The notes: generated by a model not told the origin, from the sequence alone. 57,950 bases of DNA, filler included, from Sphacelaria rigidula (GCA_964200075.2; 6 parts of 6 records of this genome joined end to end with filler, not necessarily neighbours in it); one strand, 5' to 3'; positions 1-13,959 are shown, counted from the first letter of the whole stretch. Translations and numbers: made by a program.

Positions 1-511
1 AATGGTCAGATGATCATGGCATGCATGATCATGAGTACACCCCCCCCCCCTCTCAATACAAGGAACAAAGAGCATGGACGCTCAAAAGGTAAGTAAATCC
101 ATTGACTTCTAGTGTGTCCATTTTGCGCCCCATGTATACACATGCGGGCTAAAGTCATTTTTGCGACTTGAGCTTTGTGTTCACTACGCTATGATCCATG
201 GGCGCCTCGCAGACAAAGGGTTACCAAATATTAGGCAAGAGCAAGAAGGCTCAGAAGTGTGACACAAAATTTTAGGGGCGCGTCTCCAAGGTTCACTACT
301 GCACACAATCGGACGTGAACAGAACAGAGAGCTCTTTCCTGTAAACGTTTCGCGTCGCTGGGTGAAGAGGCATGCGGTGAAAAGACACGCGTGTATCCCC
401 ATTTGGCATAAGGTAGGTGTTGAATAGAACAGTCACTCACACGCAGGGCTGCAAAGCACCAATCCGCAACGCCCAGTCGTGCATCTAGTCCAGTGCATCC
501 ACCGTACATAC

Positions 512-700
512 CTGGAAATCCTCGATGGATGTGCTGCCGAAGTCGCTGAGCATCACGCGGAGAAACGTCTTCGACTCTTGCTGCGATTCCTCATCACCTC
601 CGGTGGAGCTCCGCGTCGCGAATATCTCGTATCGCGTTGGTGCTGAAAGCTCAATTTCCACTGGCATTGTCAAGTCGGGCAGGTTTGCGCGTTGCTCTCC
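512..700 (-). CDS. Isolated 189-nt exon, possibly from a protein kinase (DFG-like motif)
   Basis: C-rich tract plus cag acceptor, gtatgt donor, phase 0-0. Encodes GEQRANLPDLTMPVEIEL...KTFLRVMLSDFGSTSIEDFQ. No flanking HRD or APE exons were found. Confidence 0.4.
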
Positions 701-3529
701 CTGCATTAATAGAGCGGGGGGAGGGGGGGAGGAGGTTAAGCCTTGGATTCTTGATGGGATCTGTCGTGATAGCGTCGCTATTTCAAACCCGATACACCCG
801 CGGGTACATACCTCGTATTCCCGTACCGCGAAAAACGGTTGGAAATAGGGGAAAGGTAGCGAGGAGTGGGATCAAATCTGTCGGCCAAATATGCCGCCCG
901 CTTTTACAAGTTGTGTCTAGAAACAACTCGGTTTTCGCGAAGCGACTATTCTAGTGGCGTCAGCAAGGTATGCACGCACCCCGCGGCGAACGAGCTGATC
1001 CAGCGTGGGGATTAGATGTGGGGGTGGCCTTTAATGCTGTAACGACGCCAATCCGTCGACTACGGCGTGGAACATGGTCAGTGGCACTAAGGGTTTCGTC
1101 GAGCAAAGACACCCTTCACACGGTTTCAGGCTGAGGAGATTAAGAGGAAGCGCTTTCTGACTTCTGAACTGCGCACCACACGGTCATGTGAAGGGGGGTA
1201 CTCCGAGGGTATCGTGTCTACGGCACTTCGGTTTCCCCGCGACCACCTCGCCGAATATGTCATATGTACTGTGTCCGAGCGCCCACCATATTTTGCTATT
1301 TCTGTGCATGCACTCATTTCGTGTACACATTCATAGGAGCTAACCAAGTTACTCCATGCTTCATCCGTTCCGACCGGGAGCGACATTCGCAGGTGTTACG
1401 CCCTAACTTCGTGTGTTCATCTTTTGAACCCCAGCACAGAATTTACTGTCGTGCTCGAGTACGCGCAATTGATGCCCTCACGTCACGCATAGACGATGAG
1501 TGCTGGACAGGATTTATCTGCATGGTTCGGAAGTGCGGGTCTCACGAGGTTACGGACCCCTGAGCATTTGAAGCGCCATATCGTGGTCGGGGAAAACGGT
1601 CATTGTTCATGTTATGAAGAGCATAATATACATTCCGTGGGTGCGCCGAGTCCCACATGGGTGAGGAACGCCCAAGGGTTGTTCTTGACGACGAGAAGAG
1701 AGGGCGGACTCCCCACCTTTGCAAGATTTCCACGTACATTCTCATGTTTTTCTCGAAAAATAAACGAAGGCAAACGTGCATGACTTCCCTCCCATCGCAT
1801 TGTTCGTCGATCATGGGCTCCACGAGAGCTAGGGTGAATGGGAAGAGAGCGCGGTACTGCATGGAAACAAGCAGTTGCAATGATTGAGGACTAGCGACGG
1901 CAATACTGAGCTGAGGATGATTTACGTGCGCTCTCGCAACTGTAGTTAACTAGATAGTGGGTAGGGTACAGCATGATGAAACGTCCACGTGATGGCAGAG
2001 AAGCGGCGAGCGACCTCGGGAACGCTCTCCCCATACACGCAACACAACCTGACTGAACTTCCCTCCCTCGTCATGTGTCCCTACTACACGCGATCTTTTC
2101 GCTTCATGAAAAACAAACGGCAATATAAGGTATGTCCTACGGACTACTTCATGATTTTTTAGTAGAGAGGTACTTTTTGCAATTGCTGTTCCAATTCACG
2201 GTGGCGATCCGATGCGCTGCTTCAGGAATTCGCCTCGGATAAGACGTTCAGTCGACCAGTAGTCCGGTGATAGTCGGAGCCATTCCTTCCCGTATAGCAG
2301 GGCATGGAAGTTACAGCGCCTGAGTACCTACTCACACTTCGTACAGTAGCTAGATTATTGCCTAGGCAAAACGGCGAGAAGAGAGGCAGTGAAGGTGTCC
2401 TTCCACGATCCATCAAGCAGCTGCTAGGGCCACCACTCGTACTTGGAGGTGAGTCCGGGGGATTGGAGGTGAAAAACAAATGTTATATGCAGGCTACTGC
2501 TGCTGCCTCGCACTTGTCGGTAGACACCCCTTGCAGTAGGGAGTGCCCTGAAACATCGACTTAGGGCTGGGTGAGACAGTGGGGTCGTCAGCGAGATAAG
2601 CTTATCTGTGGCATGTGGCGAGGTGTGGCTAGAGCCGGCTCACGAAAAATGGAAAAAACGATCGGTCGATCAATCCTAGCCGATTTCCCTTCGGTATCAG
2701 ATTTCTCCCTGTTGGTATCGCCGAGAGGAGTGCGACAAAATCAATCAAATGCAGTTTGATTTCGAGTAATGTGATTTCGTAGTCACGTGTTTCGAGACTC
2801 TAGACTCGAAAACTTCGTGGCAGAGAGGGAAAGGGAGAGATAGAGGGGGGGTGGGGTTAATGGTGAAACGATGAAGGTGAGCAACAAATGAGTACCCCCC
2901 CCCTCAAAGACTCAATTTTCCGATCTTGGGGCTCGAGAATGCTTCTCCCGGCAGACTCTTGGAACGGAAGAGAACAGAAACAAACTAGACATGACCGACC
3001 TATGTCACATGGCCTCGGTGGGAAAGGTCTTGCGCTTAGACGACGTTTGTACCCAATCGTGAAAAAAACCAAGAAGCCTTGGGAACAGACTGCGGCTCAT
3101 CTGTTTCGACCTCAGTATTTTGGGTATGAGCTGTCACCCACGAAGCCTACGGAGGCGACGAACCAAACTGCCACTTGCCTGCCCTAGGAGAGAATAACAC
3201 ACCAGAAGAGAGAGAGAGAGAGAGAGGCGGGGAGAGGAAAAGGAAGAGGGGGCAGAGAAGGAGACTAGAAAAATGATGAAATATAGAGGGTACAGTACGG
3301 TAGAGCAGGTATAAACACAAACCAGAGAGCACTGCATCACCACCGACGGAGGAAAAAATCAACAACCTATCGGGAAAGATAGAGTATATAATTTCCGATG
3401 TATGCTCATTTTTCGGATTCATTCCTACACGGATACAGAGCGGGCTTTTCTCTCGTCCTTTCCATCTTGGATTCTTCGCAAGCTGTTGCCGCTGCTGTGC
3501 TAGCGATGACAGTCTTCCGATTGGCGCCA

Positions 3530-4886
3530 TTCGACGCGATAGCCTCTCGTTTGTGGCGGCGGTCCGATCCTCGTTTGTCTTCGCGTCATCACGTGTCTTC
3601 GAACTTTTCCACCCTCTTTTCGACTCCAAGATGCGATTTGCCCATGTTATTGGACGCAGTGACCCAATCGTGTCCATCATTAACCTCAACATCGTAGGCA
3701 AACCATTTCTGTCGCCATCCTTAGCGTGGAATGAAGGGCCCCTCGTAAACGTAGGTTATCCTGGAGGTTGTCTCTCCACTGTTTGGCGGGGGCGGACGGG
3801 GGGGGGGGGTAGTCTCCTGGAGCCCGTGTGCGGCCAACTGTTCGTACATGATGCGCTTGGGGAGGCGGCTTTTGATTACGCCGGACAAGGGTTCCCGCGA
3901 ACCGGAGTTGACGCTTCCGGATAGTCGTCTCGACACGTTCACAGATGGTCCATCTCGAGCACAGCTCTGTACGGGAGACTGTTGTAGCCATTTCCATCTT
4001 TCTTGCGGAATCCAACCACTCGTAGCAAAATCTTGTGGTGGACTGTCGAGGTCCTCAGAACGTCACATTCATGTAAAACATACGTACAACATAGCTTACA
4101 CCACCTTGGCTTCAAGCAACCGGACTTCCAAAGATAGCTGGGCGTTGGATCAATCGCAGAGATGAAAACTTTACTCTCGGGGACGTGCCCAAGCCCCGCT
4201 GATGCGGTGGTCGATTTCGATAGATATTTTCGCGTCCGGGTCATCAACCCCACCAAGGGAAACAGATTTGGTCGTTTCATCACACCGTTGACCGACCGCG
4301 CTGATGCGCAGGGCGTTCTCTGTGGAGCTGGACACTGACTACAGGCGCATGGTCTACCTTGCTCTACGATACCGTCAATCTGAACTTCTGGCAGGCCATT
4401 ACTCCCGCGGCCTTATTTTTAGCAAGGCCGTCCTCGAGACTATGCCGGCGTCATCCGCATAAAGCACTACCCACACCACGGCGTCTCTGCAACAAATTCA
4501 TCATCGTCACATTCGGGCGCATCATCTAGAAAAACATAAGTTCGAGACGACGGCTGGGGCCGCCGCAAGCCGTTGTACCATCACATCGACCAAGGCTGCG
4601 CCGAAGGTGAACCATAGTGGGGACGAACCGCAACCATGTCTGAGTCCCTAGCAGACGTGGGACCACGCTGATAGTTCGCTCCGTCCAGCTGTACCCGAGC
4701 TGGCATGCCCTCGTGAAACACATGGATGTTTGTCAATATTCGCGGTGGGACGACGAACCGGGCAAGTACTTCTCACAGGAGCGTGCGGTTTACGGAATCG
4801 TAGGCTTTCTGCAGGTCGATGAAGCACATGTTCAGCGGAACATTGCTCGAACGTCCCAATTCGTGTAGTCCGCGTACTATGAGCAT
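3530..4886 (-). mobile_element. Decayed, 5'-truncated LINE (RTE-like) with RT and C-terminal region
   Basis: Minus strand reads CFIDLQKAYDSVNR (~4791-4823), then an in-frame stop, VLYADDAGIVSR (YADD at 4450-4461), IRKRQLRFAG and SRLPKRIMY. Frameshifted. Confidence 0.85.
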
Positions 4887-5063
4887 CCAGTGGGAAAAGG
4901 TACCGCTGAGTGATATCGTATTACATGTCGTCGAGTGATCATAGGTTCGGCTGCGTTCTACTGTACTATACGCTATAACTCATCATTCAGAGTAAAGAGG
5001 TATCGTTGAGTTACACCGTAAACCTAGTGGGAAAAGGTACCGCTGAGTCAGGGTCATTATTAA

Positions 5064-5181
5064 CCCCTTTGGAACCCATTACCGATTCCTGTTTTTGTGA
5101 ATCGGCACCATTTCCATTCATTTCCAAGTCAAAATGATAACGTTTCACAAAAACAAGAATCGTCAGTGGGTTCCAAAAGGG
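5064..5181. mobile_element. 118-bp piggyBac-like MITE, copy 1
   Basis: TTAA|CCC...GGG|TTGA with long imperfect TIRs (ccctttggaaccca / tgggttccaaaaggg). Aligns by eye to the reverse complement of 21861-21978. Confidence 0.75.
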
Positions 5182-7970
5182 TTGACAGGAATTGTCTGAA
5201 GACTTTTTCGACTTTTTCCCGAAAGATTTTACCGCTAAAAAATAACAGCCGACGTTGCACATCCCGAGTAGTGTGTACTTGTAGTCAATATTGATTTGTC
5301 TATCCCTTGATTGCGATGAGAAACTTGCTGGCATACTAAGAGTATGTCCGGAGAAGATATTCGGACAAGGAGACCCTCACCCCCCCCCCCCCGCCCTCCC
5401 GGAGGACAAATTTTCGAAAATTTCCCTGGTATATATATATATATATTATTGTTTATATTGTTGAAGAAATCGATCCAAGAAACACTGACAAAAACCGAAA
5501 AGTCTGGTGGGCTTCGCGAGGTTCGTATATTTGCTTCTGCTCCTTGCCCGCTCTGTCCTGATGACCTCGGATGCCGGCCACGCTCACACACATGCATACA
5601 CACGAGCGCACGGTAGCAACAGCCTGCAGCCAAAGTAGCAACACTTTCTCACGCCTCGCCACACTTGCCCGGACTACTGCTCAGTACTCGAGGCACACGA
5701 CACGAAACATGATCCCATAAATGCAATTAGAGTAAGTGATGAGCTTGGGGGAGAGGCGTGTCCACCATCTCGTCGGTCTCCATGCCAAGGGTCTCCGCAC
5801 ACTGCAGCTGACCGCATCCGCCAACGCCTCAGCAACAATCTAGGAGACAACAGGCTGGGTGTCCCCCTCCCCCCTCGAAAATTTTAATTTGCGATCTTGG
5901 GGCCTACGTGGCGTGCCCAGAAACCTCTTTAATGACAGTCCCTTGGTCACACTCATCATCGAGAAATGTTTTGGAAAAAAAAGAAGAGTGCAATGAATAA
6001 CGACGCTCATAAAAAAATGAGTGAACCCAAGTGAAGGTGAGATGAGTTGTCCGACCGACATGTGGGAGCACGAACTGTGTAGTCACATGTGTTCTCGACG
6101 AAGAATCCTAGAATAATGAGAAAAGAGAGCACTCGGGGAGAGTCTCCATTTGTCGACATGGATGTCAGCCCAAGAGGTAGGATCCAGCTGAAGATAAAAC
6201 GGAAGATGGGTCACGAAATATCATGATTTTCGCCGGAGTCCTGTTCGAGACGATGATTAGGCCCCCAATACTCGCAGTGTCCGGGCTGTTCGACACCACT
6301 CCGTAAACAAGTCATCTTTCACCCCCCCCCCCCGTGTGCTCGAACTGGATACACTTGATATTTTAGTCCGCCCGTTTGATAAACAAGCCGTGCGTTCAGG
6401 TGAGACCCCCACTCTGTTCAGACCCCACGTACGCCTGCACAACGTTGACACGGATCCGGTAGCACTTCTAGTTCTCTTACGGAAGCGTACCATAGAAACA
6501 TTGGGAAAATGCATCATCTGGTTTATTCTACTGGCCGCTGGACATTCCCTGAAACCCTGATCGCAGCATTGTGCATCCGCATTTGAAGCAGACAACGCAA
6601 AAATCAGCGGTGGAATTGCACACGTCGCTGAGGACACCCGGGCTGACAGGTTGGGGCTCCTCGAGGGAGTCCGGAATAACCCACAGAGGGGGGGCTGGGG
6701 CGAGGAGATATCTGACGCGGAAGAACTTTGTTTCGGGGCGGGCGTGTGTGTATGTGTGTTTGTTGTCGTCTTCACATGAGCCCTTTAATCGCGAGGGTAG
6801 GTCACCTACCGAATCGGCATCAATGTTCACTTGAAAAAAGTATTCATGATCCATGTGAACTACCCGGACCGCGGTCTAAGGGTTAAAACCGTTTCGATAT
6901 CTGCGGAGAACTCGTGTTTGCAATCATTTCTTTACGGAATAGCTCACTTTGTTTCGATGCGTGCGTGCGCGTGTGTGGTTGTCATCCGATCCTTGTTACC
7001 TGGTTGGTTCGCTCGATTTTTTCACCAGGAAGAAGACCCCGGACACTTTTGAAAATATGTCCCGTGTTGTGACGCACGGCACACGGCCTAACTGTACAAA
7101 TAGAGTACAATACAGGGGAAGAAAACAGGCCGAACTTGAAAAAATCGTTGAAGTGCACATGTTTCCTCGAGGAGATTTTTCACAGGACACAAAGACAAGG
7201 GGACAGAGTTGGCTCCAAGCTAAAAATATACAGCACCGTGAAATAGGGGCTTCACAAACACAGCCCTGTCTTATAGACACTGAAAAAAAATGGAAAAGCA
7301 ACAAGCGTCCAAAAGCAGGATGTTGATTGATCGAGGGGGGGGGGGTAAGGTTGAGGTTGCAGGGACTAATGAACATGCTTTGGGATCTTTGGGATCGTGT
7401 TCCTTTTCCCGCTTCTTGTTTTCGTCTCCATGAGACACAGTCACACCAGTCAGTGACTTCCGGGCTCGGCGAGCCTTTTTGCCCGCGCCAGGTCGACGCG
7501 GGGTTTAGCGCGACCAGAAATATGGTGTGCAAAAATAAGTGAAGGATCGGAGCGTAGCGGGATCTGCGGTTTGTGTATCGGTACGAATCGTTACAAAGTG
7601 CAACGGATCAAGCTGCCGGATTACAGCGAAGCAAGAATCGGATTCAGCGTAGTCGGGAAAAGGAGTAGTAACAACAGTGTAGTATGGCATTTATTCAACA
7701 ATATCGTCAAGCAACGCAGCAGGCGATTTCGTTTTTATACGCCCTGTGTACTCGATTCTAGCAACCCCGCCACTGGCCACAGGTCGAAGAGGTCAACAGC
7801 ACGCGGGGCAGATGCCCAAAATCCTAACCTGGTGAACAAGCCCACACACGCTCAACTCTAGTCGCCAGGGGGCATGTATCATGAACAACAGATGAAACAA
7901 CAGATAGTAGTCAACAGCTCAGTTCTATGTTTGAGAATGTGTGCTGTTACTATTGCAGTTTTGACAGCCT

Positions 7971-8203
7971 AAATTCGACTTGACGGTCAACGGTCAACGA
8001 GAAGGGAGTGCCGAACCCCTCTCGCGATAAAAAATAATAAAAGCAAGCACCGCAGAAGGAAGGTGGGATATTAAAAACAAATAAAACAAAAAAAGCTCCT
8101 GTGTTGACCTTCCTCCTGTGTGACCCTGGCTGATGCGCCCACATATACAATATCGAAAGGTGTAGACTTGTGCCCAGGATAGATGGGATGACAACACACA
8201 CAA
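7971..8203 (+). mobile_element. SINE family B, 5'-truncated copy
   Basis: Matches 56736-56952 (ctctcgcgat.aaaaat, gctcctgtgttgaccttcctcctgtgtgac, atagatggga.gacaacac). Confidence 0.75.
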
Positions 8204-9577
8204 TGGTGTGATGCAATGATCATAAGGACGGGAAGTTGGGTTATATCCATTCACGTCGTCCCTCCAGAGGTGCTCTAACTTGGCACAATATGGTGGGATA
8301 TGAAAACCCACACACCTGACGTACGTTCCAAAATGAAGACGCAACAACAAACACAACAACAACGGCAATGCATCATTCATAACCTCCCTCCGATCGTGTG
8401 CTCAGAGTCGTATTTAAGACATTGTGCCAGTGGTTTGGTTATTTTATCACCGTGCTTGTACGCGATCTTGTGGACTTCGAGTGATTCTCTCCTATAGGGT
8501 CCATTTTTGTTTCTTGTTGTTGTTGTAGTTTTCAGCAGTCATTATTTCAAATATCTGAAATTTCGCAGTGTGGTTCTTCAAGCAAAGGCTAAACCGCATC
8601 TTGTCTTCTCACATTATCAGCGTGGCCATATCGTGCTGTACATGCAATACTGTGCGGTTCATGAGGTCGGGTGTTCATGTTCATGTTTGGTGGCATGACC
8701 ATACGTTCGGGATACTACGCCCGCAGAGTCCAGCAGCGCAATATTATGGTCGTGTATATATCAGATTGATGTCGTCGGATATCGGAACGTATGTACCGCG
8801 CAGATATCGGAACGGTTTCTAAATGTGAAAACAACAATAACAACAACAACCGAGTCCTGGGTAAGATACACAAGAGCGTATTATTGTACGATGATGACAC
8901 TAGTTCAAAATCATCTCAGGTACTTATACCTCAAACTCCATGTGCCCGATATCTTCAACAGTATCTTAAATTAGTGCTAAATGTATCATGAAAGACGAGT
9001 TTTGAGAAACCTCCTTTGAAGAGAGATGGTATGATATCACGATACAAGTATGAGCTCGTATACAAAATCATCACAGCCTTAGGAGATCGAAATTTATCTC
9101 GACCCATGTATCCAGACACGAATTGTTTTAATATAGCTAACAGAAGGAACTCTGCCAGCACCCGCTGCGCTACGAAGGTGTTCCGCTGTAGAACGCACCT
9201 ACACTCTACTGACCAAAACATGAGCGAACGACAATAAATGGGTGCAGTCTCTTCCAACGCAAACGAGCGGCTACAGCTCTTCAGCTGAGGGTTCTCAGCA
9301 ATCTGGAAGGGCCAGGATGTCGGAAACTCGGCGCAGCACACAACAGACAAAAATAGAGGCAGATTTCAAAAATATACTGAGAACTTGGTGCGTGCCGGGT
9401 TGCTCATACGGACCGGGAGAAGAGCGCACAGGAGAGCCTGCAACAGATATGGGAGGGTTAGTCTTGGACACTAGTGGTACACTGCCGACACTTTCTACGA
9501 TAGCCCCCCCCGAAAGAGTGCATGGTTTTGGGAGGCAAAATCTTCACGAAAATCGAAATGGGAAAAGCCGAGCACAA

Positions 9578-9677
9578 NNNNNNNNNNNNNNNNNNNNNNN
9601 NNNNNNNNNNNNNNNNNNNNNTTAATTAATTAANNNNNNNNNNNNNNNNNNNNNNNNNNNNNNNNNNNNNNNNNNNN
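9578..9677. other. Artificial contig spacer (same at 19254-19353, 28929-29028, 38603-38702, 48277-48376)
   Basis: 44 N + TTAATTAATTAA (stop codons in all six frames) + 44 N, five times. Confidence 0.99.
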
Positions 9678-12600
9678 CACTGCGTTGCCCGGCACCACTG
9701 TTTTTATCATGCCTTGTTCGGAGACCCACTGCACACCCCCCCCCCCCCCCCCCCTATCGTAGCATGACGTGCTCAGTCCTGGCTTTGTACAAGAGGAAAA
9801 GCGAAGTCAATGGTTGTATGACTACGGCATATGAGGTCATGAGTACACCCCCCTATCGTGGCATGACTCTACGACCGACGGGCGCACAAGATGAAAGTAA
9901 AGGTAACCCCGGGTTAAGACTGACTTTGAACAAAGCCACAGCCAGACGTGAGTTTCTTCGTTGAAACGCTTTTCTCACTCACATCAATATCTTTGGAAAA
10001 ATTCGCTTTGGCGCACAGGTTGAACCGCAGGGATTGATCTGTGACAACGACTTTCAGGGGTCATCATCACCCGTCAGAGGGGTGGGAGTTGACGGTAAGT
10101 GAATACTTACAGAACGGTAAGTGAACCTCGTGGCGTATCAATAAGGAGCACGAAGTACAGCGCAGGTTTGACATGATGCTTTTGTTGCCCACGTATATCC
10201 GCTTCCAGATGCCAAAACTCGTTCTCGCAGATAAACGGGGATCCTGAAAGAATGAGAACGAGATTTTTCTTTCGAAATAAACTAAGGTCAAAAGTGTGAA
10301 TAATATTGACAACACATAGTACACGTCAAAGGTACCTCTGAACTGCCCATCTCCCTCTAGCCTATGTTGATAATGCCGCACCGTGTATTGTCATGCACAC
10401 CACAGCACTTTGGTACAAGTCTTCCGGCAGGGGACTCTTACAGGCACATGGCAGATTAAGACATAGGATGCTCCATATATAGAGCAATCTGGTAGCAGCT
10501 GTGCGTAATTACTCCAAAGGTTATTCTAGTTATTCTCATCTTCCGTATTGTAGATCGTAACCGTGCCACACCTTTAGAAGCGTCAAACCTCATAACGCGT
10601 CACCGGGGGGAAACTAATGTACTCCCGTGTACTATATTTGTTTCGTTGTGGTGATATTCATGCCAGCCGAAACAGCGTCAACGACGTGCAAGAGGACTAG
10701 CGAGGATGTGGAAGAGAGCGATGACGGAGGACTTGCCGAAGACCCTGACCAGAGGAGCTACGTACGCCTGATGGGACATTTGGCACCCGGAGAATTTGTT
10801 CCGGGGATCCCTCCTTGAGCCGTCTTAAAGCATCTAGTACTCGTACATAGCACGGCAGGAAAACATTAAATAAATATCACGTGAATTTTTCATTGTGTAC
10901 AAAACAAATGATTCGCTGATCAAGCAAACTGCTACCCGTGTGCCGCGAGTCGGATAATGTGTCTGTTCGATTGTCTGCACGCTAGCATCTGAACGTAAAA
11001 TGTATCCAGACGGTCCAGTTTTGGCGGATCAGGGAAGAAATAAATCGGAAATGTGTCGCAGACTTGAACGCACGGCGCACCACCTTGTAGAGGAGCCTCT
11101 GGATGAGTATACGGGGAAATGTGGTCGAGTTTTGTTGAAAGTCAGCGCTGCGTCGTATTTATTTCGATGATCAAGGTTGATGAACTGTTGACCGTAGACC
11201 GGTCGATATGTTCTCGGTTGGGGGATGGTCTATATGTATTTTGCGTTTGTAACAGCTCGTTCGACTCATGCGTCACATGAAAGAATGCGCCAGCGAGCAG
11301 ACACATGTCTGAGCTCGCCAATCTGTGAGCTGTTGTATTGACATTTTCCCTCAAGTTCCCGTGGGCATTTGCTGTAGAGGTGGTTGTAGCGCTGACGTGG
11401 ATCCATGGCATCTACAAGATGCATCCATACGGTGGTGACCGTTCACTCATGCTGACGTGTAAATTGGCGGGAACAAGCTGTGGGTGATGGCGTTCGAAGA
11501 ATTGATGTAGATAAGGGTGCGCGACGGTCGATGGGATTGAGTATGCCCTACTGGCTGCGCTGCTGTGTTGTGTGCTTGTGATATCTATTTATTCTCAGTG
11601 TCGGTATTATTATTATTCTGAGTTATTATAATGTGTTTTACTTTGTCGTTGTCCTCCTCTTTTCCATGTGTGCATATTTTCTTCTTCTTTTTTTCTGTTT
11701 TTTCTGTCTGTTCCCTCTTCGTATTACCTTCCCTCGCGGGGGGGGTGGGGGGGCGGGGGGTAGATTATTATTAACCAGTCGAGAGTGAAAAAGAGACTGG
11801 GGTTTCCGAACAGAACGAAACCGTTTTTTTCTACTTCCTCCTTTTGAAAAGCAATCACGTCTCAAGACCCCGTTCGACACTCACCGCATGCGCCAACCAT
11901 TACCCTCCCAGTGGTTGCGGGTATCTCTACCGCGGAAAAGCGGTCACCAATCTGCTGGGGAGTAGTCGTCCGTTTTTTCTTGCTCGGCCGTTACGAGTGA
12001 GCAGATAGATTAGAAGTAAGAAACGACTCTGTGCTAGGTTGGGGCGGGGGGTGTACTCAGGGAAGGGGGAGGAAGAAGTATTCTGTCACCTTTGCGCTCA
12101 CCAGGTTCGTGCAACCATGGCGACGTAGCCGTTCAATTATGACTATCCTCGGGGCAGTTGTTAGATTCAGACTGCAATGCAGCATGCAGTGTTTTCGAAC
12201 GCACATGACTTGCGTGCTGCGATGCAGTCTGCATGGTGACGAGCTTGGACTGTAGAGATGCACCGTACCACGTTATAGGTTCATTGGGGAGGGTGAGGGC
12301 AGGCGTAAGGGAGGAATAGGATGTGAGGGTTGTTCTGACACTCTGGAATAAGCTACATGTCTGGAGAAATTTATGCGCTGAAGATATCCACGTTTGAGTT
12401 CAAGATTGGGAGCGGGCATATCGCCGACCGAAAACGGCGGGCAGTAGGGAAGAAGGGAAAGCTAGATTGGCACGTCTATTTTTACTTGCAGGTACACTTG
12501 CGTTTATGATGTTGTGTGTGTGTCATCAAACGCTTCCCGTATGATGCTATCGATGCTGTACCGGTATTTGTTCTAAAGCTTGGAGGTCAATGCTTGGAAG

Positions 12601-13150
12601 CCGACTTGCGAGTGAAGAATAAGACGTGCATTATAAAACAAATATATAATACGCGTCCGTGCGCGTTTTTCTAATTTCGCGAGGATGTCAGATGACGAGT
12701 GAATCAAGCACTCCTCACGTATTTCTCGAGATTGCTGTGCCAAACTTTTTCTCTTCATTTCGTGCGACATTCCCTCGACTGGAGCGTAAGTGTACGAAGT
12801 GAATCTCCGCTTGTGCGCAAGTACGCGCGAGGAAGTGTACGCTCGAGTTGATCGACGAGCCATCCTACGATGGGGGGTGGGGGATTTCGGGCCACTTCTT
12901 CTACGAAGAAGCCACTATAGAGTCGTCCTACGACAGGGAGAATGGCGTTTTGGGCGTCGTCCTGCGCGAAACAGTCGCTTTGAAGCGATGTTGCAAGCAG
13001 CGAATTGCGTACAAATGCTCTTGTTATCAGAAGCACACACACCTGTCCACACAATAAGACCCTCTTATTTCGCTGAACGAGATATCCCTTCCATTTCGTC
13101 TTCTTCATTTTTCTCTTCTTCTACATCTCTCTTTTTTGTCGTTAGCATAC

Positions 13151-13959
13151 CACAGCCCGGACATAGACATGGAATAGAGAAGCGAACCATCCCTTTTCTT
13201 TAACCTACCATAACACAGCCCAGACGAAAAGATGAAATAGAGAAGCTAGCCCTGCTCTTTCTTTAATTTACCATAACACCGCCCGGACATAGACAAGTAA
13301 TGACGGAGTTAACCATCATTTTTCCTTAACCTACCGGGACACCGCTCGGATATAGACACATGGAATGAAGAAGCTAGCCGCGCCCCGGTGGTGTAATGGT
13401 CCGACTGTCGCCATTTGGGTGGAGAGAACGGGGGTTCGATTCCCGGTGCGTTGGGTTCTTTCTTCGTAATGTATGATTTCCACCGTGGAAAGCGGGAGAA
13501 CGTGAGTAACCAAAGTAGTCGACTGGATTTGTGTGACGTGAATTGACGCGGTGCGGGAGTGCTGTCCCAATCCGCGAGACCAAAATGAAAGGCACGTACC
13601 GGGGGGGAGATGGGTTGATTCTTCGAGATCACAGACTCATCCCGAAGAAGGGGAGGGGTTCAAAGGGTGAGGAAAAAAAAAACTGCTCTTTCTTTCACGT
13701 GCCAGAACACAGCCCGGATATAGACAAGGAATAGAGAAGATAACCATCCCTTTTCTTTAACTTACCGTAACACAGCCCGGGCGTAGACATGGAATGAAGA
13801 AGCTAACCCCCCTTATTCTTCAATCTATCAGAACACAGCCCGGACGAAGACATGGAATAGAGAAGCTAACCCTCCTTTTTCTTTCACCTACCATAATACA
13901 GCGTAGATGTAGACAAGAAATCAAGAAGCTAATCCTCCTTTTGCTTTATCCTACCAGCA
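13151..13959 (+). repeat. 63-bp minisatellite, 8 diverged units, unit 4 split by a SINE
   Basis: Unit cacagcccggacatagacatggaatagagaagctaaccatcccttttctttaacctaccataa starts at 13151, 13214, 13277, 13340, then 13708, 13771, 13834, 13897. Confidence 0.9.
13377..13682 (+). mobile_element. tRNA-derived SINE, family A (tRNA-Pro-like head), full length with A tail
   Basis: A box tggtgtaatgg (13389-13399), B box ggttcgattcc (13433-13443), loop tttgggtg like tRNA-Pro(TGG), no acceptor stem, ends in A10. The body is shared with 25840-26139. Confidence 0.8.

Noticed and set aside
1540-9440. Further minus-strand exon candidates in contig 1 (~1778-1858, ~5690-5839, ~6491-6711)
   Set aside because: Splice-like signals exist, but no coherent in-frame model or recognisable product could be built.
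9622-9633. Recurring TTAATTAATTAA palindrome
   Set aside because: Synthetic six-frame-stop linker within the N spacers.
13382-13453. tRNA gene (also 26075-26139 and 56607-56680)
   Set aside because: A and B boxes are present, but acceptor and T stems do not pair and each is followed by a dispersed repeat body. These are SINE heads.
13151-13959. CRISPR-like array
   Set aside because: Units are homologous over their whole length with no unique spacers, no cas genes are present, and the context is eukaryotic.
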